DNA of 64,000 bases from Moniliella sp. 'wahieum' (Eukaryota): contig RSEE01000017.1 in the NCBI GenBank assembly GCA_003971905.1, positions 310,001-374,000 on the forward strand. Direction: 5' to 3'. Shown here in pieces: positions 12,915-25,228 of this stretch. Both the position numbers and the translations under genes were made by a program. Position 1 is the stretch's first letter. Every line of letters starts with the position of its first letter. The notes beneath the pieces are model-generated. The model was given only the letters and a program-made list of their open reading frames with translations, was not told the DNA's origin and did no database searches.

Positions 12915-15900
12915 TCACGGTGAAATGGCCTTCGCCAGCCGCGGCGGGGGGCGACAACTTTCGGACAGTGGGGGCGCCACCTGGAACACCGCCACTCTGC
13001 AACTCCAAGCCATGTTTGTAGGCGCGCCAGATGGACGACGGTGGTGGGACCGAGGCAGGGAAGATGAGTACTCCTCAGGGACAGACAAGGTTAGAGAGTC
13101 TGCAGTAGTCAGCTCGTCTGAGCCGTAGCCGGCATCAGCAAGTGCAAGTTGAGTGGCACCTGTGTTTTCCAACGTTTCGGTGTCGTCGATGGAAAGCTTG
13201 TGGGGAAGCTGCCAGGCCGACCAATCCAGAGGCATGTAGGCCACACCACGTCGGGCCATCACCAAGGCAGTGACTACCTTCCACAACTGGTCGCTCCAAA
13301 AGGAGCGCTGGCTTTGATCTTTAAGAAAGCCGGCCATTTGGCGGATGCGTTGGATGAGCAAAACCCATTCCGGAACTCGACGGTGGCGCCAGAGACAAAT
13401 ACGGTGCGGAAAAGCGAGATGGCAGGGAGAAGCTGGGTGTTCCAGTGTGTTGAGCTTGAGCCGTTCAGCGAGCGCCAGTGGTACGTGAAAAAGGAGGAGC
13501 TCCGCTCGGAATATCCGGCAGAAGTGAATGAAGGATGGCGTAGATTGATCTGCCATGCGCCAGCCAGCGGGAGATGTGGATAAGCACGCCAGCAAAGTGT
13601 TGCACGTCGGCTGTATTGAAATGGTTGCGAACGAAATGGGCAAACTGGGATGGAGGCAGACGCGATGCCATGTGCATGACGGCAAAAGGATGCGCCCCCA
13701 AATTGATGCCTAATTGTACAAAGGCCGTTGCTGTGCCATGAGCGACGCTGCTGCATAATACCTCTGGGCCCAGAGAGTATGGAAGATACTTTCAATGATA
13801 GTTGCGGCGGTTACGGTGGAGATGCGGTTGGGGAGAATGTCCGTAAGCCCAGGCATCATCTGGGCTAATTCATCGAATCTTCCTTGGACGAAAAGACTTG
13901 CGGCAAAGCTCCCATCGTCGGGATCCGCCCGGGCCATTTCCTGAAAAATCAAAACAATCGAGTTGGTTGGCAGGGGCACGTCGCGCTGGCGCAAATGCTT
14001 GGCACATTGGAACGCGTCGTCATATTCCCCGACCAGCAACGCCGTGTTGAATAGGCTCACTAGGTCGTCTGTCGACAGGCGGGAGACACCTCATCTGGTA
14101 CACACGACCGGTCAAAAACTTGGTTGAGGTACGTGCTGTACTTGCGTTCGACCAGTGCCAAGTCTAAATTCGTCCGGGTCCCGCACTTCAGCACGGTCGT
14201 CACTGGAGGAGATTTCTGAAGCGACAAAACTGGCCATGTCCTCAATGGTTTGGATTGTCCAGTCAGGGCTCTGGATATGGCGCCACTGCAGCTGAAACTG
14301 ACGAATCTGGCCAAAGCAAGAGGAACCAGTCTGTACGTGGATACTTGGCGTACTGGAAGGTGGCAACAATCCTCCGTGTCATGGCCATTGAGCGTCGCAT
14401 TAGCTGCCCGAATCAGACTTTCCACCTGATCCTGTGACAGATCCTGATCAACCAATAGCACCGCGTCACGGCGTCGTCTAGGGCATACTTCCCTCGCACG
14501 TCCAGACCAGTCCAGGCAGCAAAGAACCTTGCTGCATCTTCACCATAACCATGCCTCAGTAGGGCACTGAGAAGAGCTTGAGCATCTTCCAGGGGGATAC
14601 TGTAAATGTGGCTTGCCGGGATCCAGTCCAGGCAGAGATAAAGTTTCGCACAGCTGCTGGGCTTAGACACTGGATGAGGAGGACAACCTGTTGCGCAAGA
14701 AGCTCACCCATTAGATCTTGGTACACGTCTTTTTCGGCCCCAGCTGCCCCGGAGCGGCTTCATCAGGAACTCGGTTGCACTCTCCTTCAATGAACGACGT
14801 GTCCAGAACAAATCATCCGCCAGCAAAAGTAGACTGTGGGTGGAGGCTTCAGGTCCTGGGCACATAGGAGAAGACGCAAGCTGGCAAAGCGCATCGTCAG
14901 GCGGACCTTAATCGTTTCCATCTCGGCTAGGGTGGGTCCCGTGGTACGCGTTCGGGGTCTGAGAGCTCGCCCGTGACTTCCTCGCGCAGCCAAGAGATCA
15001 ATGCATCGACGTCGAACGCGGTTCTGACCATAATCTCATCAATACTCTCTTGGGGCACTGGGTATTCGCACTGGAAGCGAGAAGTCCCCAAATTGTTGGA
15101 GCGCCGAGCCAACAATCTGAATTTGCCCGGCGGTTTGACGAGGAGAGGACAGAGAATCAACCTCGGGGAACCAATGGGGCAGCTTGGCCAAAGGTTTTTG
15201 CTTGTCGGGGTCAGCCGTGCCCACAGACCCGGTTTGCTTCAACTCTTGTTCACGAAGCCCTGCGTAGTCCAGTTTCCGAATGAAGATGGTCGGGTTCATA
15301 TAGTACGCCAGTAAATCTGCTGCTTCCTGCAAAGAAGGAAACACATCGGACCGACCAGGCTCAGAGGGAAAGGAGGCGCTCAATTCTTACGAAGTCCTTC
15401 GACAAGGTAGAACAAGTGGACATCCTTCTGGTCGGATCGAAGCAACAGAGCAAGAGCCGCCGCATCGCTGACGGAGGAAGTGAGGCCACGACTCAGGGAT
15501 TGAGTGAGGTACCTCCTTGGTCGTCCTTTGCATTTCAATTCGATCAGCCTTGATCACCATCCGAACCACCTGAGCCACCAAATTAGGAGTGAATAGTTCT
15601 TTTCCCCCTCAGAAGGGATGTGTTGCGATGGAGAGAGCGCTTCTCGAAGGACAAAGCTGAGAAGCATCTTGTCTGCGTCGGAGCCGGCCTGGGCTCCAAA
15701 GTGGCCACCCTCCATGCGAAGCGGACTGAGAAGATCAACTGTAGTCAAAGCCGGAACTGGAGTCTCCGGCCGGTGCTTCTTCGCATCAGGCGCATCTGGC
15801 TGGTTAGCTGCTCCCAGAACAGACCTTCGTTGTTCTGAAACAGCCTGGGGATAGCGGTGGAGTCAATGTCGCACAGGAAGAGCTTGAGGAGGCTGAGGTT

Positions 15901-16632
15901 GTTGATCGCGACAATGTCACAAAGCACGTTGTTCCACATCTCAACACCAACGCCCGAAAGGTCAATCCAACCGTTGGCGGGTATGTGCGACCAAGAATGT
16001 ATAGGTCCACGCGTGACATATCACCTAGTTGGCCTGGGCCGTGAAGAGCATCCAAGACATCTTGGGGCTTATGAGCTGGGCCTCACTGAGTGTGATCAAC
16101 TCTTGAGTATGCATGTTGAGGTCATACAACTCCCATCCCGAGGGAATGTAGCCAGGGTTCTCGTCCCCTCGAAGGCAGTGTTACCAACAGGTTTGTGTGA
16201 GGAAACGAGTGTAGGTACCAAGGTGCCGGGGGGGCTGGAATGTCTTGTATCTTGTGCCTTTCGTCTTCACGTAGCTATAGTTGACGCCAGCCGGAGGCTT
16301 TGAGGGCCTGCGCGTGAGAATGTGTCCGCGAGAAACTGTATGTGCACGACGGGTGGCAGCGGGTAGGATGAGGGGGCCTGAGTTCGGGGCAGGGTTAGTG
16401 GAAAAGCTGGAGAGGCAGAAGAAAGGGGGAACGGCGTACGAGAGTGAGGGGCCACCTGGGATGCGACGTGCAAAGAGAGGGGAACGGCAGGCCAGATGGG
16501 CAGCACGCGGCGAGGGGAGTGTGGGCACAGGCGCGCACGTGGTAGCACAGAGCGGGCTGGGATGGGTGCGGAATGCGGAAGCCGCAGGAGCCGCCCAGGG
16601 GGCCAGGAGGAGCGAGTGCGAACTGGAAGCAT
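12915..16632 (-). CDS. Large alpha-helical repeat (PPR-like) protein, probably mitochondrial (heavily frameshifted)
   Basis: Chain of minus-strand ORF pieces; Arg/Ser/Leu-rich N-terminus; helical repeats such as ALLSALLRHGYGEDAARFF and SLFNTALLVGEYDDAFQCAKHL. Confidence 0.45.
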
Positions 16633-16982
16633 CTCGTCTGTCTTGCTCCGCTGGGCTCGCGTGGCTCGCTTGACTGCCACTGCCTGCGGGAAGGGGTTGG
16701 TGGTGGTGGGAGAGGAGGGTTATGGCGTCTGCGTCTGTGGATGCAACAAAAAATCAGTGGAATGCTCGCCTGCTCTCGTCAACTACTCCAACCGTCTTCT
16801 GGTTTCAATGTTGCCCTTCCAGGAGGCATTTCGCTGCCCACAACCCCACCGCAGCAACTCGCACTCACACCCACGCCACCTGGCTCAGACTGCATCACAC
16901 CTGCGCCCCAGCCTCTTGCACATCCACGTCCTCAGCAGCAGCGGCGCCCGCTCGCCCAGCCCGCCCTCCATCTCTCTTCCCT

Positions 16983-17663
16983 ATGGCCCTCCTGTCCGTC
17001 AGCTTTCTCCGCACAGCAGGCCATGCATCCGTGTCAGCCATCCAGCTCATTGCCGCTGTCCACCTCTTCACCACCCATATCGCCGACGCCCGCATGACCG
17101 TTGGCAGCAGCATGGCTCCCACCATGTCTCCATCAGGCGAGATGGTTGTGTGCGTCAAGTTCCCGTCTACAATGCCCTCCGCAGCCTGCGCGACAATTAC
17201 CGCGCCCTCATGGACGTGCTTTTCTCTAGTCAGCCTGATCCAGCGCTCTTGGAACGCCAGGCATACGCCCAAAAGTCCCACAATACCCTCGATCTCGAGC
17301 TCGGCGACCTAGTTGTCGCCATCTCGCCCACCAACCCCACGCGCCGTTTGCAAGCGCGTGCTTGGCCTGCCCGGGGATACACTCCAATCCGACCCACGCG
17401 ACGACCAGTCGGCCATGGTCACTGTTCCCCGCGGTCATGTCTGGCTCGCGGGCGACAATATCAACAATTCAACAGATTCGCGGTACTATGGTCCTGTTCC
17501 CCTCGGACTCTTACGTGGACGTGTGGTGGCCAGGGGGGTTGGTCGTCTCTAGTTGTGCTCCCCCCCTGTTACTCACCCACTCTCTTTCTTCCTTTTGCAG
17601 CTGCTTCCCCTTGAGTGGTTGGGCAGCACACTTCAAACATCTCCAATACGAGCAATGGGCTGA
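16983..17663 (+). CDS. IMP1: Mitochondrial inner membrane protease subunit 1 (S26 peptidase)
   Basis: Catalytic GSSMAPTM, CKRVLGLPGD, VPRGHVWLAGDN..NSTDSRYYGPVP; probable intron 17538-17600. Confidence 0.85.
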
Positions 17664-17759
17664 CCCGTATCCTCCTTCTCAACCACAACTCGTTACATTT
17701 ATGCACACATCAATATACCACGCCTATTCTAACCCCATGGATTAGGTAGCACATCAGAT

Positions 17760-18691
17760 CAGAGGCCAGATAGCAAGCCCAGCACTTGCGCTTCATGCTG
17801 TGCAGCCGCCTCCGGATCCGAGGGGAATGACAGGCCAGGAGGGATGGGGGTGCGTTCGCATCGCGTGAGATGAGTCCACGGAGATACAGATCGTACCCAC
17901 CTCCTCAATCTTCTTCACGTCGTACTACACAGACATCAGTTGGTCAGCCATGGATTCTTGCAGAGAAAAGAGGGAAGAAACAACGAACCTTGATCGAGTC
18001 AAACCTCCTCCGCAACTCATTGTTCTTGAGATTGAGCAGCTGGAAGCCAGCGTATAGGTCTTTGATAAAGTGAGAGATGACGATCGGGGTGCCTAGGTCA
18101 CCCAGAGTGACCGATGTATAAGCCAGGCGGGAAAGCTCATTGGTAACAAATGTGAGTGAGACGAGGTAGTCCTCTGCAGGCAAAAGAACCCGGTCGCCAT
18201 TCTGCGCGGGGATGCCTAAGACCTTCGTCACGCCATCAAGATGCAGCAGCTTGCCTGTTCCAATAAAGTAAGCCAGAACTGCAGCAGAGGAAAGTTGCTT
18301 GAGGGCAAAGGCAAACGTATGGTTCCATTGGTAGTATCGATGTTCGGGGACCAGCAAGATGAGCTCGGACACCAAGCTCCGGACATGGGTAAACATGGGA
18401 CCAAGCGGGCTCATGATCTTGGCACTGACCTCCGCGGCTGGAACAGCATGAACCCGGCAAGATGGGACCATATGGTACGGTAGGATTGGTCAAGTGCCTT
18501 GGACTTGTTGGAGTTTCTGGATGACGAGCGCTTATGCCGTCAGGGATGGCCGTGAGGGCACGAAGGCCAACGTACCTCGCTGAGTTCCTTGTCCTCGTCC
18601 ATCTGCAGCGCCAGGCCTGGAAGTCGAGGGAAGCAGTTAGGTCTGCGGAACCCGAACCAGGTGTAGGATTGGCTGCCGCATTGGGGTCCAT
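17760..18691 (-). CDS. Translin (C3PO subunit); 3' end approximate
   Basis: EDYLVSL...NELSRLA...VTLGD...FIKDLYAGFQLLNLKNNELRRRFDSIK, then an intron, then YDVKKIEEV.YDL.LRGL. Confidence 0.9.
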
Positions 18692-19215
18692 GATTGACGG
18701 GGGGCAGTGGTGGCGGGTAGGGTCGGAAGTCAGTTGGTCCAGTGAAGACGCGAGCCTCCAAGAAAAGGAGGAACACCAAGCATTTCAACATGAACATTTC
18801 ACCATGAGTTTCAAAGTCAAACGTTCAATTCCTTGACTCAGTCCGTTCCGCCTTCCCCTTCCGCCTCCCACCTTTTGCCGTCCTCAGTTAACAGCAGCGC
18901 CACTTCTACTTCTAGCGGTGATTGTCACTACAGGGGGCTCAGGCGCTCAGGAGGGTGGCCGAGACGTCAATGAGAGGCCTGAGATATAAGTAGGGCATAC
19001 CTGTCACGCGCATTATGCGAGATGAGGGACAGAGATTCAGGCTTGTTCGACATATTTTTGTGAGCATGCGTTGGGGAAAAGAGATGAGCATACGCACCCT
19101 CTTTACAGGTGTGAAAGACAACAGAGAAAGGCACACAGTAGAAGTCGCAGACAGAGCAGCAGACTTGGGACACGGGTGAATACAAAAGAATGTAAATCCA
19201 TCTCAGGCCTGAGCC

Positions 19216-19886
19216 TCAGGGTCGTTCATATTTGTTTGGTGTGATACTCTTGCGAGGTCATCGCCTTGTTCCTGCAGCTGTGTTTCGGTGCGGGTGATGG
19301 TCATGGTGCTCGAGCCGCCATTGCGGCGGCCTGGGGTCTTGGGCTTCTTTTGGTGGCAGTTGTGGTGTTCATGTCTGAATTGGCGCAAGCATGGGAACCA
19401 CCATGATCTACGCGAGCCTTCCCCTTAGTCTCTTCGTGCATCGGCAGCTGCCCCGGAGGAGGAGGAAGCAGATGAGGCGGATGCGTCCGAGTCCGAGTCC
19501 GAGTCCGAGTCCGAATCATCAGATGAGCCTGACCCAGACTCAGAGGAAGATTCGTCAAAGCTGCGCGGCTTATGGTAGATCAAAAACTGCAACGATACGC
19601 CGACGTGGTCAGTGCCGCCTTCTCATAGGCGAGGGAGGAGGATGGGACGGGAGAGAGCAGCGTACTTTTTGATTTTTTACGGCCTAGTCCTTCATTGTCA
19701 ATAGTATCTTCGGTCCACATAACTTGGGGGGCAGAATGATTGACTCGGAAAGCTGAGAGCGCGCAACACCAGATGGACCGACGGGTTCCGCTCCAGGGGA
19801 GGAACAGTAGTCGTAACAACTTGTGACGGAGTGCTCGTGGCGTGGGTGCGAACGAGGGTGCGACCACCACTGCGTGAATCCGACAT
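19216..19886 (-). CDS. YPI1: Type 1 phosphatase regulator Ypi1 (inhibitor-3)
   Basis: QVMWTEDTIDNEGLGRKKSK, intron ~19586-19664, IYHKPRSFDESSSE, Asp/Ser tract, C-terminal PNKYERP. Not present as one ORF in the track. Confidence 0.85.
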
Positions 19887-20148
19887 CGTTGGCAGTGATA
19901 GCGGAAGCGGGTGCGAACGAACAAAGCAGGTGGGGATGTGCACAGTTGGTGGAGACGAAGCAAATGAGAGAGACGGCCAGTCGTAGCGCGCATTACTTGC
20001 ACATGCTGAGGCACAGGTGTCTGGGGTATCATGCACGCATGCATCAGCGTCATGCTTCCTCCCCTCCTCCCGCGTTGTGACAGCTGTATCGGCATGGCTC
20101 AACTTCTGGGTAATGAAAGAGTCAGACTGGTAGTAAAAGGGTACAAAA

Positions 20149-20308
20149 TGTCGGCCTCGCTACTACCACAGAATGTGAGCACTGAACGTCGTATTGGACT
20201 AAGAAGCTTCTGCGACTGACTCGTCCAGAAGACTGGTGCGAGCTCGGAAGGAATGAAAGCTGACTCACGTGACTCAGGGTCCGCGCGGTCCTAGGACGGA
20301 TGTCAACA
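20149..20308 (-). repeat. Copia 3' LTR
   Basis: Identical to 25034-25193; preceded on the minus strand by a short purine tract AGCGGGG. Confidence 0.95.
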
Positions 20309-20324
20309 CCCCGCTGACCGGAGG

Positions 20325-23300
20325 GCCCAGTCATGTGGACTGGATCCATCTCCTCGACGCGGAGTTGAGCAAGATGGCTTGTCAGGGCGGGACGGCCGAG
20401 AGGCTTGGTGAGGACGTCCGCTGGGTTCCTTTCGCCGGGGATGTGTACAAGTATGGCCTCGCCCGAGTCCACGTGTTGCCGTACATTGTGGTACCGGATC
20501 TTCAGCTCTCGGAGCTTGCCGGTGCTGCCAAATTTGTGGGGCGAGATCGACGACAGACTTATTGTCGCAATACCAATGAATGGGTGTACCCTCGCCGATG
20601 GCCCCAAGCTCGATCATGATGTTCTTGACATAGTTGGCGTCAACCAGTCCATCATATCCTGCCGTATATTCGGCGGCGGCGGTACTGGTAACGCTCTTCG
20701 GCTGAAGAATGGATCGCCACGACACCGGCACACCGTACACCATCAGTAGGCATCCAGATGTGGAGCGTGCCTGGATGGGATCTCCCGCCAAGTCGGAATC
20801 TGTATACAGCGCAATGGCCGGTGCATCTGATGTTGGGGTCAACCTCAGGCCCTTTCCTCGAGTATGGTACAGGTAGCGAAGGAAGTCATCGACTGCTTGA
20901 TGATGCTGCTGCGATGGGTCGGCAGCGGCTCTGCTGAGGGCCGTGATAGCGAAGAGGGAGTCAGGCCGGCCCATTCGTGCAGCCCACAGTCCCGATCCGA
21001 TCTTCCCCTGATATGCCTTGCGCAAGGCTGGGAGGGATGGGGGTTCAGGGTCGGCACGGGGCGGTATCATCCGTACGGGATGTGGGAGAGTCCGGATCCA
21101 CGGGGCTTTGATGTGGTGCTTTGCCACCACTTCCTCGATGAACTTTGGTTGGCTCAGGTACAGCTCCCCACCGATCCGATCGTATTGGCATCCCAGGTGG
21201 TAGGAAGGGGACCGTTACCACGAACATCAATGTGTGTGTTTATCTCGGCCATAAACTCCTCGTACTTTTGGTGGACTTGCATGCGAGGAGCAGATCGTCG
21301 GTGTGGACCGCCAGGAGGATCTGCTCACCCGGTGGTGCAGCGCGCACGAACAAGCAGGGCTCGGTCAAGCTTTGCGTGAAGCCGAGCTTGTCACGCAGCA
21401 GGTTCCGGATGTATCGTGCCCAGTTTGCTCCGCTCTGATGTAGCCCGTATAGACTCTCTTGAGACGCCACACGCGACCACCCGCTTCGGGGAAGTAGGGG
21501 GGTGGGCGGATGTAGACTGCTTCTTCGAGGGGGGCGTTCAGGTACGCTGCATTGACGTCCGCCGAGAAGAGGCCAAACTTATACTTCTCGGCCAGCACGA
21601 CGAGGGTCAGGATGGCAGGTGTGCGCACCGATGGTGCGAACGTCTGGCCCCAAGTCTCGGCCGATTGTTGGTGTCCGCCCGCGACAAAGCGCGCGCGGTG
21701 GCGCAGGAACCGGCCCTCGGCGTCCGTCTTTGTGGTGATGCGCCATAGTCCTATGAGGATTTGTGCACCCGGTGGTGGGTACGTAGCCTCGTAGGTGCCG
21801 TATCGCGCGAGTGTGGCCACCTCGTCGGCCATAGCCTGCTTGACCATGGCAAAGGAGGGTGAGTCTCGAGACCCTTGAGCGTCTTGGGAGCGAGGGGTAC
21901 GCCATCCTTGGTGAGCTGAACCGTGTCCGGGTGGATGGGTGCGCTGAGAGCAGTCATGGCGGCGTATTCGGGAGGTTGAACTGTGTCGGCAAACGGGGGG
22001 GCGGATGTGTAGGTAGGGGGCGGGCGATGCCGATCTCTGGTGCGGCGCAGTGGGGCGTGGCGGCTGCAGCACGAGCATGGTAGGTCGTGTCGGTGGGGTC
22101 GTCAGCGATTGGGAGTGTGTGCAGGTCGGGAGGTGCGGGTGGTGCGCTGGCGGAGGGGGGGTAGCGGCGCGGAGGGGGGGTGGTGGTGGGAGGGGTCTGG
22201 GGTGTGGCGGCGGTTCGGGGCATGGGTGCTGCCGCGGCTGGCGGAGTAGGGTTAGCGTCTTTTTCACTGTCGATTTAATTTGAGGTGATTTGGAGATGTC
22301 GGGTGGGAAGTGGTCGGGGTGGAGATGGGGGTAGATGGCGTTGCCCATTTGTACGGTTTCGACCAGCGGTAGGTGAAGGTACCCAGGGATGGTTGGTATG
22401 TGGCGAAGAGCCATCCCTTTGATCCGCGCTGATGGTGGTATCCTACCAGCATACCTTCCTTGCCCGCGCGCTGAGCTTGTGCTCGCGGCGTGACTCGGGC
22501 AGATGGAGGTATGCAAGGCGGCCAAAGGGTTGCATCGGTAACGAGTATGCGTGGCCTTGTATCGCTCAAATCGCGATTTGTTGTCTTCCCCGGATGTTTT
22601 GAGTGGCATTTGGTTTTGGGTGAAGCACGCAGCGTGGAGGCTGTGTTCCCACCAGTCCGACGTCGGAAGACCTGTACCAAGAGCAACTGCCTTGCACGAG
22701 TCGTTATGGTTCGGATGGCACGCTCAGCCACACCGTTGCTAGCACTCTGCCCCGGGATTGTCCGTTCTGACGTGATGCCTTGCTCGTCCAGAAAAGGTTG
22801 CAGTGCGCTTGTCAATTCGGGGGCGTTGTCCGTGCGCAAAGTCCGCAGCAGTCTGTCCGGGCCGTAGCGTTGCCGCAATATGAGGTTCCGCAGTTCCTTC
22901 GTTGCAGCGCCCTTTGTCGGGATCGCTGTGGTGAAGACGTACCGCGTGAAGTCATCAACGGCGACGAGGGCGTATCCGTGCCCCATGCCGGTTACCCGGG
23001 GGAGGTCTACTACGTCGACGTGGAGGACCTCGAAAGGTCTTTTGGATCGGAGGCGGTCCCGGCTCGGATGGGGCGATGCTGTCGCTAGTGCCACCGCGCA
23101 TGTTGGGCAATCCCACTCTGAACGACAGAGGGAGATATGCTTGGCTGTGACGCGGAGGCCTGCGGTTTCCGATCGTGTAAGCCAGGGGAGGAGGTCGATG
23201 GCTGCGTGGTTCCAGCGTTTGTGGGCTTTAGAGACGTGGTCCAGGGCCAGGGATGCTGCGAGGGAGTTTGGGGTTGAGGGTGGGTCGGCCGGTTTGATCG

Positions 23301-23731
23301 GTTTGGTCGCCATGGCCCGCAGGGGTGTGGGTGGCGTTCGCGGGTTGTGTAAGATCGTGAATTGATAGTCACTGCCGGTTACTTTTCGTAGGGTGGATCC
23401 TGGGTTACCAAGCCAGATACCCTTCTGGTGTGGGGCGAAGTATGATGCGATTCCGGTGTTCGACAGGTGTGCTACACTGACGAGATTTCGGGCTGAAACG
23501 GGGCATGTATAGGCTGTTGGGGAGTTTTATCTCCATTTGGTGTCCTCCTAAGCATCGGATACGGATTGTGGCCGTGCCTCGTCCTTCCGCCTTTACATGT
23601 GTCCCGTTAGCAACCTCTATCTCGTCGTCGCAAGGGGTCATGGATGTGAAGACGGATTTGTCTTTCCAAATGGATGGGAATGCCCCACTGTCATATAATG
23701 CCCGGATGATTCGCATTTCGCCCCCGAGTTC
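20325..23731 (-). CDS. pol: Copia pol (PR-IN-RT-RNase H), broken by indels
   Basis: Domain motifs distributed over ORFs 23405-23716, 22264-23313, 21365-22609, 21240-21470, 20303-21130 and 20122-20607. Confidence 0.9.
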
Positions 23732-24979
23732 CTAGTAGTCAGCTGTGCCCGCATCAACGTCAATCACTTCAGACTCGGGAGAGCTCGCTCTCTGAGCGAC
23801 GTGAGCGTTGGCTCGGCCTGGGTTGCGCGGAGGGACAACAGGTTTATTAGACGTCGCGCTGCGCCAGGGTTGGTTGGTGCGGTCTTGCCCCTTGGTCTTT
23901 GTGTCCGCGAGGTTGTCGTCGCCGGCTTTGCCCCCGCTGGAGTTTTTTCCCCCGCTGGTGGGTCGTCCCCCGCTGTCGGGTCGAGTCCAAGGCGTTCCTC
24001 CGTTGACCGGCTTGCCTCCGTTTCTCTTCCTTTCTCCACCGGGATACGTGGCGGCTGGTATGTCCATCACGGCCTGCCGTAACTTGTCTAGACTCGAGCG
24101 CTCTTCACGCTGGCGAATGCTCATGTCGCGTAAGCCGAGTAGGATCCCAGTGCGTTCCTGCTCTTCCGTAAGTGGGATGCCCGCTCGCGTCAGGCTTGCA
24201 CTGATCTCTTCCATGTAGTCGAGGTAGTCTCGACCCGATCGGTTTCCTTGGTCGGCCGAAAAGTAGCGAATGAGTAGAGGCCCTCTGTTTGCGGTAGGCG
24301 TATATCCATACCGCTGACGCAGCATGTTCAGCGTGTCCTGGGTGCATGATATTTCGTGGTGGGTGCGGATCGTCCGGAAGAGGGTTGACGGCATGGCTTC
24401 CCTAAGAAGGTTGTGCAAGCGTCTGTCGAGGTCCTCGGTGAAGTAGCGGGAGCTGCGACCATTCTGGACGACGTCGCTTGCGTGGGGGTGGGCATCTGTT
24501 ATCGCGAAGAGAAATTCGTCTTCCCAAGCGCTGTAGGCGGACGGGTCTTTGTTCAGATCAGGCCACTTGATATTCTTGGTGGGAGACTCGCGTAGTGATC
24601 TGTAAAGGTCGTACTCGGGTCGCGAGGCTGCGCCTGTAGGTGCCCCCAAAGTTGCGTTGGGTTGAGTTTCCATTTGGTGGATGTTTTGCACCACAAAATT
24701 CGTAGCCCGTCGAACCCAGTTTGTCGTGATAGACGTAGGTTCGTCCTTCCATCCAAGCCACTCGGCTCTGTCGTGTATAGCTCTGTTGATCTTCTCTTTA
24801 ACGACATCGATGTCGTTCGTCTTCTTGAACCACAGGTGCGCTTCGGCGCAAAGCATCATGAGTTCCTCGTTGTCGGTGCCAATCGGTGGCGGATCGCGAC
24901 CGGTTGGTGTCCAGTAATCGCGCTTGTTCACCATTGTGGTGTCGCTGACCGAGAGATCGGTGTTAGCGTTGGCGCCCAT
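23732..24979 (-). CDS. gag: Copia gag (no CCHC knuckle seen)
   Basis: Open ORF from MGANANTDL, with YSAWEDEF-type motif; lies between the 5' LTR and the protease and ends in TAG. Confidence 0.85.
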   Translation of the reverse strand: MGANANTDLSVSDTTMVNKRDYWTPTGRDPPPIGTDNEELMMLCAEAHLWFKKTNDIDVVKEKINRAIHDRAEWLGWKDEPTSITTNWVRRATNFVVQNIHQMETQPNATLGAPTGAASRPEYDLYRSLRESPTKNIKWPDLNKDPSAYSAWEDEFLFAITDAHPHASDVVQNGRSSRYFTEDLDRRLHNLLREAMPSTLFRTIRTHHEISCTQDTLNMLRQRYGYTPTANRGPLLIRYFSADQGNRSGRDYLDYMEEISASLTRAGIPLTEEQERTGILLGLRDMSIRQREERSSLDKLRQAVMDIPAATYPGGERKRNGGKPVNGGTPWTRPDSGGRPTSGGKNSSGGKAGDDNLADTKTKGQDRTNQPWRSATSNKPVVPPRNPGRANAHVAQRASSPESEVIDVDAGTADY

Positions 24980-25033
24980 GGTTGTGGGTGTAGTTTTGGC
25001 CAGCTCAGGGATGAGCAGATAAGGATGTAACTC

Positions 25034-25193
25034 TGTCGGCCTCGCTACTACCACAGAATGTGAGCACTGAACGTCGTATTGGACTAAGAAGCTTCTGCGA
25101 CTGACTCGTCCAGAAGACTGGTGCGAGCTCGGAAGGAATGAAAGCTGACTCACGTGACTCAGGGTCCGCGCGGTCCTAGGACGGATGTCAACA
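25034..25193 (-). repeat. Copia 5' LTR
   Basis: Identical to 20149-20308. Confidence 0.95.
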
Positions 25194-25228
25194 CAAATGG
25201 CCCAATTGTGTTGAATAGCCCAAAAAAT

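Larger units (their letters stand above)
20149..25193 (-). mobile_element. Full-length Ty1/Copia LTR retrotransposon (~5.05 kb), young
   Basis: Two identical 160-bp TG...CA LTRs; TSD CAAAA/CAAAT; order gag-PR(DSGA)-IN(H..H..CPTC, DVVD, TDNAPE, NGVAER)-RT(RHRARFVAGG, DVNAAYLN, YGLHQSG, HTDD)-RNaseH(YTDSDLAGD). Confidence 0.96.
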
